64,000 nt of DNA from the NCBI GenBank assembly GCA_964349485.1, contig CAYGGE010000003.1:5899-69898 (forward strand), written 5' to 3'. This document shows, piece after piece, positions 1-8,240 of the stretch (its first letter is position 1; each line of letters begins with the position of its first letter). A program made the position numbers and the translations under genes. Under the pieces are notes generated by a model. The model was not told the origin of the DNA. It worked only from the letters and a program-made list of their open reading frames with translations, and did not search any database. The stretch is from an uncultured Candidatus Saccharibacteria bacterium (lineage in GTDB: Bacteria > Patescibacteriota > UBA1384 > CAYGGE01).

Positions 1-73
1 ACCAATTAGTCCTCGTGACAGAGCACAGCTGCGATCTTTCGTTCTGTTTACTGCAGGCCCGAAACAAATCAAA

Positions 74-292
74 ATGCGACGGATGAAGGACCGGGATAGT
101 CGACCTGATCGACAGTTTGATCTGAAGTTCATTAGACTAGAATTGATGCTAGAAAGGACTGTGGCACAAATCCAAGCCCATGTACTTAACAAACGTCTCT
201 TAATTTTTGACACCACCCGTACAAGTGTTGTGACGTTGTCTAGACGTTTTTGGAGTTACATCGAAGAAGTTAGATCGGAGAGAATCGAATAA
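74..292 (+). CDS. hypothetical small protein (72 aa), followed by a hairpin
   Basis: ORF in track; no recognisable motif; terminator-like hairpin just downstream. Confidence 0.25.
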   Translation: MRRMKDRDSRPDRQFDLKFIRLELMLERTVAQIQAHVLNKRLLIFDTTRTSVVTLSRRFWSYIEEVRSERIE

Positions 293-314
293 ATAAACAG
301 CTAGCGGTGTATCT

Positions 315-341
315 GGAGCACGAATCGACGATTCGTGCTCC
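315..341 (+). terminator. stem-loop ggagcacgaat-cgacg-attcgtgctcc (11-bp stem), candidate terminator
   Basis: perfect inverted repeat read directly in sequence, followed by a T-containing tract. Confidence 0.35.
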
Positions 342-477
342 AATTGTTTCTACCTTGACGCTTTAATACTGAGGATTAGTATTTGATTCGTCTCGTAGCA
401 GTCGACAATATCGACAGCTTCGATGTTGCTTGATCAAATCTAGCACGATTTTTTTGGAATACACAAACTGAATTCGT

Positions 478-1032
478 ATGCTCTTAAGAGTCTGTTATAC
501 TAGCTCCATGACTCGACTGAACATAATTGACGTAGAAACCACTGGCCTTTCAGCGCAAGCTAGCCGAGTGATTGAGATTGGGGTGATTCAGGTGGAGGAT
601 GGGGAGGTAGTGAAACGGTACAGCCAGCTCGTTAATCCAGAGGGGCGGGTCCCGTCGTTCATCACCCATCATACAGGCATCACAAACGCCATGATTAAAA
701 ATGCACCGACGTTTGCGGACATATTGCCTGAAGTTCGGTTATTGCTTGATCAGGGTATATTTGTGGCCCACAATGCGGCGTTTGACTATTCGTTTATCCG
801 CCACGAATACCGGCGCCAAGGATTAAGTTTTGTAGCGCCCCAGCTTTGTACAGTAAAATTGTCTCGTCGCTTATTTCCTGGATATGCACGCCACGGCCTC
901 GATCAGATTATTCGGCGTTTCAATATCGACTGCCCATCCCGTCATCGTGCACTCGACGATGCTGAAGTTGTCTGGCGATTCTATCAACAAATCAGTCGGA
1001 CAGTCGATCCGACGCAGATGCTAGTCTATTAA
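478..1032 (+). CDS. DnaQ-like 3'-5' exonuclease (DNA pol III epsilon / DEDDh family); alternative start at 508
   Basis: Exo I motif IIDVETTGL, Exo II HNAAFDYSFI, Exo III HRALDDA. Confidence 0.8.
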   Translation: MLLRVCYTSSMTRLNIIDVETTGLSAQASRVIEIGVIQVEDGEVVKRYSQLVNPEGRVPSFITHHTGITNAMIKNAPTFADILPEVRLLLDQGIFVAHNAAFDYSFIRHEYRRQGLSFVAPQLCTVKLSRRLFPGYARHGLDQIIRRFNIDCPSRHRALDDAEVVWRFYQQISRTVDPTQMLVY

Positions 1033-1052
1033 TCGCCCTCCTGTCGCATTAA

Positions 1053-1086
1053 CAAAAAATGACTGTATTAACACAGTCATTTTTTG
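1053..1086. terminator. bidirectional rho-independent terminator (A6-ATGACTGT-attaac-ACAGTCAT-T5) between convergent genes
   Basis: perfect 8-bp stem flanked by an A-run and a T-run. Confidence 0.65.
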
Positions 1087-1103
1087 TCTCCGAACGAGAA
1101 TAA

Positions 1104-1319
1104 TCATGATTTGCCCATTTTGGATGACATGTAAAGCATCCAGAGAGCAGAGAGACCGACTAGAGAATAGACAACTCGGGTAATTGTTGAACCGACACCA
1201 AAGATCATGTCGACGAGGTTGTAGTCAAAAAATCCAACAAGTCCCCAGTTAACACCACCGACAACCAAGAGGATGAAGCCGACCATATCAAGGCCACTCA
1301 TTTTTTGCATAGCTATCAC
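1104..1319 (-). CDS. DUF378-family small membrane protein
   Basis: GFILLVVGGVNWGLVGFFDYNLV pattern typical of DUF378; two TM helices. Confidence 0.6.
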   Translation of the reverse strand: MIAMQKMSGLDMVGFILLVVGGVNWGLVGFFDYNLVDMIFGVGSTITRVVYSLVGLSALWMLYMSSKMGKS

Positions 1320-1502
1320 CCCCTCTCTGATCGCTTATTACGTGTACGCGCGAATAATCGAGTAAATATTGGCGATGCCAGCAATATTGATACTTACATT
1401 ATACATTAACGACATGTTTCTACAACAGCAGTTCGTTTGTCTTGCAATAGGTTCGTCTATCGATTATCATTAGGTCAATAATCGACAAATCATGAGGTGT
1501 TT

Positions 1503-2018
1503 ATGAGTATTGCTGAGCTACCTATCGGTGATCAATCGCCGGAAGTTGTCAATGTGGTGATCGAAGTTCCGGCAGGGAGCAAGAATAAATATGAGTACGA
1601 TGAAGAACTTCACGTCATCAAGCTCGATCGTGTTCAATTTACAGCCATGGCTCATCCCTATGATTATGGCTTTATTCCTGAGACTCGTAGTGAAGATGGT
1701 GATCATCTTGACGCCTTTGTGATGCTTGACCACAGCGTCTTTCCTGGCTGTTTGGTCGCGGCTCGACCGGTAGGTTTAATTCGCTTAGTTGACGACGGAG
1801 AACAGGACGAAAAGATTATCTGTGTGCCCGCTAAAGACGTCCGATATGACCATATTACCGAGATGACTCAACTCTCACCCCACTTGCCAAAAGAGCTCCA
1901 GCATTTCTTTGAGCATTTGAAAGATCTTCAAAATAAAAAAGCCGAAGTCACCGGTTGGGGTGATGCCGCCGAAGCCAAACAAGTGATTGCCGAAGCCCAA
2001 GCCGTATTTGCAAAATAA
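1503..2018 (+). CDS. ppa: inorganic pyrophosphatase (family I)
   Basis: EVPAGSKNKYEYD, HPYDYGFIPET, DGDHLDAFV signature motifs; AGGTG RBS. Confidence 0.9.
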   Translation: MSIAELPIGDQSPEVVNVVIEVPAGSKNKYEYDEELHVIKLDRVQFTAMAHPYDYGFIPETRSEDGDHLDAFVMLDHSVFPGCLVAARPVGLIRLVDDGEQDEKIICVPAKDVRYDHITEMTQLSPHLPKELQHFFEHLKDLQNKKAEVTGWGDAAEAKQVIAEAQAVFAK

Positions 2019-2040
2019 TAATTAATCACTAGGAGGTCTC

Positions 2041-2178
2041 ATGAAAAATGTCCCGGTTACCAGCGTCCTCTCAATCGTCTTTGGCGTAATCATCCTCTTG
2101 GTGCCCCAGATTTTGTCCTATGCGATCGGTATCTACCTAATCTTAGTTGGCGCGCTCTCGTTTACTAAAGAAAAGTAA
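2041..2178 (+). CDS. small (45 aa) DUF3096-like membrane protein; below the ORF-track length cutoff
   Basis: strong RBS aggagg 5 nt upstream of ATG; hydrophobic MKNVPVTSVLSIVFGVIILLVPQILSYAIGIYLILVGALSF. Confidence 0.5.
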   Translation: MKNVPVTSVLSIVFGVIILLVPQILSYAIGIYLILVGALSFTKEK

Positions 2179-2188
2179 GGTTTGCCGA

Positions 2189-3310
2189 ATGGGGGATACA
2201 ACGGCTCCACTGGTTAAAGTATTTATTGCCCTGTGCATCGTCTCACTTGGAACGAACGTTATTTTGGGTTACCAGTGGCAAAGTGAACGTCAGCAGCTTC
2301 GCACCATGATTGCGGGAACCAAAAATGAACTCCAGCTTCGAAATGTTGAAAATAGTCAACTGAGCGAAGAGAACCAAGATTTCCAGACAGATATCGCCCG
2401 TAAGGAGCAAGAACTGGCGAAAAAGATAGCAGAGCTTGCTACCAAACAAAGTGCACTCAATGATTTGTCTAAACAACTGGCTGACAAGAAGTCCGAACTC
2501 GACACCAAGATTAGAGATTTAGCCGACGCAAAGAAGCAAGTCGACTCTCAAAAATCTCAGCTCGATGCCAATGCATCCGAACTCTCGAAGTTGCGTGACC
2601 GGCCACCCTTATTTTCTTTTCAGGTCAAGTCGACAAGTATAGTTGACGTAGAAGCCAAGAAGGCATCGGTGCAGCAAATCGTGACCGATGCCTATGAACT
2701 ATTTGATCAAATATATCCACGCTACTTGCTGAATAGCGTGACTATTACATTTGTTGATGCGTTTTCTAATCCTAACGCCGCCGGCGAAACAGTAATCAGT
2801 AATAGTAAAGATGGGTTGTCGATTGAAATACGGATTAAAGACTTCAATAAAAACAGTTTTAATGACATTAACACTATCCTCCACGAAGTGGCTCACGCCC
2901 TACGCGGAGTGGCAACGGTTGAGCCGACGGCTTGGGAAGAAGGATCGGCGGTAGCGATTACCGATGTGGTCATGCGAAAACTGGGCGACGCAGACAGGAT
3001 CCCTAAATTTAGTTCCTACTATATCCAGCTTACCGACACGCAATACGAAGCTAAACAAGCCAACCTCTCGATTCCTCGTGATGCTAACGCTTTTTATAGC
3101 AGTACCAAAGTTGTCGACTTCTACCAGGTTCTCGGTAAAGCCTGGTACAAACTCTATGAACAAGATATCGACTTCTTCAAAAAATTTAATGAAAAGCTCT
3201 ACGACCGAAAAGCTAGAGGCGAAGTGATTAACGAAGCCATGGTCCTCGATATCGTCCGCCAAGTCCTCCCCGAAGCGTCACTGACCGGCGCCGCTTGGAA
3301 TTTGAAGTAG
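2189..3310 (+). CDS. membrane-anchored coiled-coil protein with a C-terminal HExxH (zincin-like) domain
   Basis: N-terminal TM helix, ~120-aa heptad-repeat region (KQSALNDLSKQLADKKSELD...), then LHEVAHAL with downstream EEG; RBS aagtaagg. Confidence 0.55.
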   Translation: MGDTTAPLVKVFIALCIVSLGTNVILGYQWQSERQQLRTMIAGTKNELQLRNVENSQLSEENQDFQTDIARKEQELAKKIAELATKQSALNDLSKQLADKKSELDTKIRDLADAKKQVDSQKSQLDANASELSKLRDRPPLFSFQVKSTSIVDVEAKKASVQQIVTDAYELFDQIYPRYLLNSVTITFVDAFSNPNAAGETVISNSKDGLSIEIRIKDFNKNSFNDINTILHEVAHALRGVATVEPTAWEEGSAVAITDVVMRKLGDADRIPKFSSYYIQLTDTQYEAKQANLSIPRDANAFYSSTKVVDFYQVLGKAWYKLYEQDIDFFKKFNEKLYDRKARGEVINEAMVLDIVRQVLPEASLTGAAWNLK

Positions 3311-3387
3311 TTCTCAAAAAGAGCAGAAGGAGCCAGTCCGAGTGGAATGGCTCCTCCATAGCGCTACCCGATGCCGGACGCTAACGT

Positions 3388-4680
3388 CTATCTGAAGATG
3401 TCGGGAAAATCGAAAGGCTGTTCTAGCTCCCGATCTAACCAGATCCCATCCCAGTTGATTCTTCTACCTCCTTTCTTGCCTCGCGATACTGCGTTGCCAC
3501 GCTGTATCGCTCTAGGGAATCGTGGTGGAGTGGTGATTGTAGTAGCTAGGGACTCCTGCCGGAAGCATTGCTCTGGCAACCCGTATTCTTGCGCCATGTA
3601 AGCAACTAAACTCTTTTCCGGATTAACAGTGTGGAAGTCCATTGCTATCGCAAGTAGTTCATGGGCTGACGCGCGTGGATATTCCTGACGATAAAGGTCT
3701 AGCCAATATCGTTTGAGGATCCAGTCGATAGACCATAGACTGCCCCATGGCTGATCCTTGTACTTCACTAGCTTATCAAGTACGTCGGCCCAACGGGTCC
3801 AGATGATCGACATCCAGCCCGGCACCTCGGCTGTCTGCGTTGTCCTTCGAATGAAACGCTCGGCGCTATCACAGAAGTACCTTTGCATATCAAGTGCTGT
3901 ATAGGCTCGTCGCGATTTACAAAGCACCTTTCTTTTCAGACTGGTGTCTGCATTGATGGTCTGCATGGCGATAATTGGCTGATCAGGGTAGAGGAAGGAC
4001 AGGTTCATACCAGCCTCAATCATGCTGAGGACAATGCTCGTCACACCAAGCTTTAGCAGATTAGACCAGTGGGTAAAGTTAGCGTCGCCGATCGTGAGGT
4101 GTAGACGCCGGTACTTTCTAGCCATGTCAGAGAGCAAGAGATGCTCATCACGACTATTCAGAATGGATCGATCCCCTTCTGTCGCATGGTATGCCTCTAC
4201 TTCATCAAGTACCGTTGCCCGTTGAGACTGATGGAACTGGCCCTTCATGTCGACATGTCCACTCCCACAGAAGATCGTCCTTGAGACGAGGAAGGGCACG
4301 AGTGTCGGTGCTAGTTCTTTTGCCCACTGAACCGATCGTTTCATTAAGTAGTTCTCATGACACCCAAATGACGTTCCTGCTGGGTCAATGTTGTCACGAA
4401 ATACCGAGATAATCCTTCCTTGTTTCAGATTGCGTGCCCTTAACCGGTTGAGGTAGATATCAAAACCGAAGTGATACCTAGTTGCCTCAAATGGATCAAG
4501 ACACTCAGGGGTAGCGTATTCTGGATGACCCATGTCCCTATAAAAACGTCCGCCGTTAGGTAGAAACTCACTGTCGAAGTCGCTCAGCCCCATGAGGTAC
4601 GTCACCGCATTTGTTGCATCTTCCTCACCTATCATGGCGCAACCATACTCCATATCTAGACCGATGATACGTGTCAGCAT
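3388..4680 (-). CDS. Pup-ligase family protein (PafA/Dop homolog)
   Basis: N-terminus RIIGLDMEYG (cf. PafA RIxGxETEYG), HPEYATPEC, SFGCHENYL, LVPFLVSRT, NSRDEHL, KYRRLHLTIGDAN, LKLGVTSIVLSMIE all match conserved PafA/Dop blocks; GAGGA RBS before ATG at 4680. Confidence 0.8.
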   Translation of the reverse strand: MLTRIIGLDMEYGCAMIGEEDATNAVTYLMGLSDFDSEFLPNGGRFYRDMGHPEYATPECLDPFEATRYHFGFDIYLNRLRARNLKQGRIISVFRDNIDPAGTSFGCHENYLMKRSVQWAKELAPTLVPFLVSRTIFCGSGHVDMKGQFHQSQRATVLDEVEAYHATEGDRSILNSRDEHLLLSDMARKYRRLHLTIGDANFTHWSNLLKLGVTSIVLSMIEAGMNLSFLYPDQPIIAMQTINADTSLKRKVLCKSRRAYTALDMQRYFCDSAERFIRRTTQTAEVPGWMSIIWTRWADVLDKLVKYKDQPWGSLWSIDWILKRYWLDLYRQEYPRASAHELLAIAMDFHTVNPEKSLVAYMAQEYGLPEQCFRQESLATTITTPPRFPRAIQRGNAVSRGKKGGRRINWDGIWLDRELEQPFDFPDIFR

Positions 4681-4777
4681 TGCATCCTCAAAAAAAAAGA
4701 ACAGTCTCTGGTGAGAGACCAGAGTTGGCAGTAGTGTACCTGAAACTAGTATCACAATCAAGCACTTTTACCGATCG

Positions 4778-6097
4778 GTGTACGCGATTTCGTCGACTGA
4801 CAGGCTATGTTATAATAAGGCTGTCATAAGGAGGGACGTGGGTCTCTTTGATCTGTTTAGACGCCGGTCAATTGAATCTCGGTATGCACTGTCGCTCGAT
4901 ATTGGGACAGAGTTTGTTAAGGCTCTGGTTTTTAAAGTTGAGGACGATGGTAAGGGCTATGTTTTAGGCTACGGTCGTCAACGGCAGAAGCTATCCGACA
5001 TGCAGGGTGGGACCGTGACCGATATCCATGGTGTAATTCGTAATTGCGAAAGCGCAATTGAGCGGGCGGGGGAAATGGCCGGGGTCATCCCCCAGCAAGC
5101 GATCATTGGGATTGCTGGCGAACTGGTCAAAGGCACGACGACCGATATTCGCTATATTCGGCCTAACCCTAAAGCGAAAATTGACATGGTTGAATTGAAA
5201 GATATCGTTTCTCGAGTTCAGCGACGGGCGTTTGACCGTGCTCGGACGCTGTTGGCCTGGGAGAGTGGTCACAGTGAGCTTGACGTAAAACTGGTGAATG
5301 CGGCGATCGTCGATGTCCGGATCGATGGCCACAAAGTAACCAATCCACTCGGTTTCCAAGGGCGTGAGGTTCAAGTCGGAGTTTACAACTGCTTCGCGCC
5401 GATTGTTCATTTGGGTGCTTTGCAAACTATCGCTGACGAACTCGAACTTGACCTCTTATCGGTTGCGGCAGAACCTTACGCCGTAGCCCGATGTATTGGA
5501 CCCGAAGAGTCGTCCGAATTCTCGGCCATTTTTGTTGATATCGGCGGTGGAACCAGCGATATCGCAGTGGTTCGTTCTGGTGGCCTTGAAGGGACTAAGA
5601 TGTTTGCGATCGGCGGGCGGGCTTTCACCAAGAGAATTGCCCAAGTCATGAACATCACATTCTCAGAAGCTGAAGACTTAAAGCTTCGTTATGCTCAAGG
5701 CAATCTAGAAAAAGAGTTAGCCGATTCGGTTCACAATGCGCTCAAATCGGATTCAGCTGTCTGGCTGGCTGGTCTACAGCTTACGCTTGAAGAGTTCTCT
5801 AACTCTGAGCTGTTACCCAATCGCATACTCTTGTGTGGTGGTGGCTCAGGATTACCTGATATATACGAAACGTTGAACAACGCGAAGTGGGATAGCTCGC
5901 TCTCGTTCTCTCGTAAACCCTCAATTCACTTTGTGAAGCCGAAAGACCTCACCATGATTGTCGATAAAACGGGCGAGCTCAAAGAGCCACGTGATGTGAC
6001 ACCCATGGCTTTAGCCAATGTGGCGCTTGAACTAGTTGGTCAAGAAAAGCTAATGGATGGTGTCTTGAGCCGAGTGGTCAGTAGCCTTAAAGCCTAA
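4778..6097 (+). CDS. FtsA-like actin-family ATPase (possible GTG start at 4838 with AAGGAGG RBS)
   Basis: LDIGTEFVKALVF phosphate-1 motif, DIGGGTSDIAVV phosphate-2 motif, EPYAVA; FtsA/PilM superfamily. Confidence 0.65.
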   Translation: MYAISSTDRLCYNKAVIRRDVGLFDLFRRRSIESRYALSLDIGTEFVKALVFKVEDDGKGYVLGYGRQRQKLSDMQGGTVTDIHGVIRNCESAIERAGEMAGVIPQQAIIGIAGELVKGTTTDIRYIRPNPKAKIDMVELKDIVSRVQRRAFDRARTLLAWESGHSELDVKLVNAAIVDVRIDGHKVTNPLGFQGREVQVGVYNCFAPIVHLGALQTIADELELDLLSVAAEPYAVARCIGPEESSEFSAIFVDIGGGTSDIAVVRSGGLEGTKMFAIGGRAFTKRIAQVMNITFSEAEDLKLRYAQGNLEKELADSVHNALKSDSAVWLAGLQLTLEEFSNSELLPNRILLCGGGSGLPDIYETLNNAKWDSSLSFSRKPSIHFVKPKDLTMIVDKTGELKEPRDVTPMALANVALELVGQEKLMDGVLSRVVSSLKA

Positions 6098-6121
6098 AAC
6101 CGAGTACAATAGAGAGAAGCT

Positions 6122-7816
6122 ATGGATGAAATTCTTTACCTTGAACCTGATGAAGAGATAACCACGGTTATCGATAAACTAAAAAAAGCGAACACCAATT
6201 CGGTCGGTTTAGTGATCCCTCGAAGTGCCACCTTAGTACACAGTATTGTTAACCTTAAATTGCTGAAAAAAGAGGCTCAAAGTCTTGGCAAGGAGATCGC
6301 TTTAGTCATGACCGACCGGATTGGCAAGAATATTGCTTCCCAAGTCGGTATCCCAGTTTTCGAAGATGTCCACGCTAAGCGGCCAGTCAATGCTCACGCC
6401 TTGCCGGACATGCCTAAAGGCGACGAAGTTATAGAAGTAGACATGTCTAGTGGTCATACGAAAGAGCCAGCCGTTGAGAGCTCGACTGACACTGAACCGA
6501 TTGTTAAACAATATAGTACACAAACGTCTGAAGAGTCAGATAAAGCTGATAGTGTTCGAAAACAGCCGATTACTGCGGAGCATGATGATCAATCTGGAGA
6601 AGCACAACCGAAAAACTCCAACCATCATGAGACTCAACATAGACCAAAGCATAGAACGGGCACAAAATTTAAATTGATTGCGGTCGTTGTTGTACTAGCT
6701 GTATTGGTTGCTGGTTCATTTCTAGGACTACCACAATCGACGGTCTCGATCATTGTCGAGGCTGAACCGTTCGAAAAGACTGTGCCAATTGTCATTGCTA
6801 GCGAAAAACGAGCTTCAGACGACGATTCAATTTCGGCTACTGGCCAGCTGCTAGTGGTAGAAAATGATGATGCGCGGCGCGTTACTGCAACCGGTAAAAA
6901 AGATGTTGGTGGTAAATCCACAGGTAGCGTTAGCATCTCCAACGCTTGGGACAGTAACTCGATCAAGCTTGCCGCCGGTACCGATTTTACGTCGACTGAT
7001 GGAAAAGTCTACGATCTTGCCGAGGCAGTTACCGTGCCTGGCGCGACTGCAACCCTAAGCCAAGGACAGCTCGTCGCGACACCGGGGAAAGTAACTGGGA
7101 CGCTAATTGCTTTTGAACCGGGCGATAGTTATAATATCAAACCGACAAAGTTTACGATTCAAAATATCCCGTCAGAGCGTAAAGAAAAGATCTTTGGTGA
7201 GAGTAGTAAGGATTTTTCCGGCGGATTTACGAAACAGATAAGCATCATGACTCAAACTGATATCGACTCTGCCAAAGAGAGCATGGTCGGAGATCTGAAA
7301 GACAAGGCGAAACAAGAACTGACTAAGCAAGGTAAGGACATGAAGTTGCTCAGCGAAGCCGTAGCCACCGAAGTAGTAAGCGTTGAGACTAATCCAAAGG
7401 CGGTAGGGAGTGAGACTGATTACTTTGACTTGAAGGTTAAAGTAAAGAATCAAGTTATGGTCTTTGATGAGAAGGGTATGAATAGTGCAGTTGATAACGC
7501 CGTACGCAAAAATGTACCTGACAACAAAGAGTTGATCCTCGGCGAGGATGACGAGTTCGTGATAGAAGTTGATAAAACTGATTATGACAATGGTCAGTTG
7601 ATACTGAACGCTAAAGTAAAAACTAAGATTGGGACCCGTGTAGACCCCAAGGAAGCGAGACAAGGCTTAGCCGGTAAGAACAAAACGACAATAATGCAAA
7701 CCCTCGCCGAGTTACCTAATGTCAAAAACGTAGAAGTTCAGAAGTTTCCTACTTGGTGGTGGCAAGATACTTCTTTTGCACCCTGGAATACTCGAGTTAA
7801 AGTACTCTATGAGTGA
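6122..7816 (+). CDS. hypothetical bitopic membrane protein (564 aa): ~190-aa cytoplasmic N-domain, one TM, ~350-aa external domain
   Basis: hydrophobic FKLIAVVVVLAVLVAGSFLGL; no recognisable catalytic motif. Confidence 0.5.
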   Translation: MDEILYLEPDEEITTVIDKLKKANTNSVGLVIPRSATLVHSIVNLKLLKKEAQSLGKEIALVMTDRIGKNIASQVGIPVFEDVHAKRPVNAHALPDMPKGDEVIEVDMSSGHTKEPAVESSTDTEPIVKQYSTQTSEESDKADSVRKQPITAEHDDQSGEAQPKNSNHHETQHRPKHRTGTKFKLIAVVVVLAVLVAGSFLGLPQSTVSIIVEAEPFEKTVPIVIASEKRASDDDSISATGQLLVVENDDARRVTATGKKDVGGKSTGSVSISNAWDSNSIKLAAGTDFTSTDGKVYDLAEAVTVPGATATLSQGQLVATPGKVTGTLIAFEPGDSYNIKPTKFTIQNIPSERKEKIFGESSKDFSGGFTKQISIMTQTDIDSAKESMVGDLKDKAKQELTKQGKDMKLLSEAVATEVVSVETNPKAVGSETDYFDLKVKVKNQVMVFDEKGMNSAVDNAVRKNVPDNKELILGEDDEFVIEVDKTDYDNGQLILNAKVKTKIGTRVDPKEARQGLAGKNKTTIMQTLAELPNVKNVEVQKFPTWWWQDTSFAPWNTRVKVLYE

Positions 7817-8240
7817 CCAATTGCAACAAACTAGTGCAGGACCCGTTCTCTTAGGTCTTGATTTGGGCACTAAGAGAAGTGGTGTAGCGATCGCTAAACA
7901 CGGGCTAGCAACCGAATATGACACTCTGACTGAACCAAACATGTTGGTCCAGTCGATAGTCGATATTTGTAAAAAAGAATTAGTGACCAAGATTATTATT
8001 GGACTTCCACTTAACAATGATCATACGGAATCCGATCAGTCAGGATGGGTCAGAAAACAGGTTGAATCAATTGTGGCGGCCACCCGATTACCGGTAGTCT
8101 TTGAAGATGAATATTTGACTAGTACGGAGGCCAGACAGCAGTTGTTAGCTCTTGGTCTGTCAGCTGATCAAATTAAAACCAGACTAGACTCAAAAAGTGC
8201 CCAATTGTTACTTGAACAGTATTTGACTCAGGAACTATGA
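7809..8240 (+). CDS. ruvX: YqgF/RuvX Holliday-junction-resolvase-like pre-16S rRNA nuclease
   Basis: LLGLDLGTKRSGVAIA RNase-H-fold signature; ATGA overlap with the upstream stop. Confidence 0.8.
   Translation: MSDQLQQTSAGPVLLGLDLGTKRSGVAIAKHGLATEYDTLTEPNMLVQSIVDICKKELVTKIIIGLPLNNDHTESDQSGWVRKQVESIVAATRLPVVFEDEYLTSTEARQQLLALGLSADQIKTRLDSKSAQLLLEQYLTQEL

Noticed and set aside
3310-4777. Searched both flanks of the PafA-like gene for a Pup-like ORF (50-70 aa, ending GGQ/GGE) or proteasome genes
   Set aside because: None of the small ORFs in frames around 3371-4412 end in GGQ/GGE or resemble Pup. Those ORFs lie antisense inside the PafA-like CDS and are treated as spurious.
6122-7816. Tested whether the gene after the FtsA-like ATPase is FtsZ
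   Set aside because: It has no tubulin GGGTG(S/T)G signature and has a TM helix. It is not FtsZ and is kept as an unknown bitopic protein.
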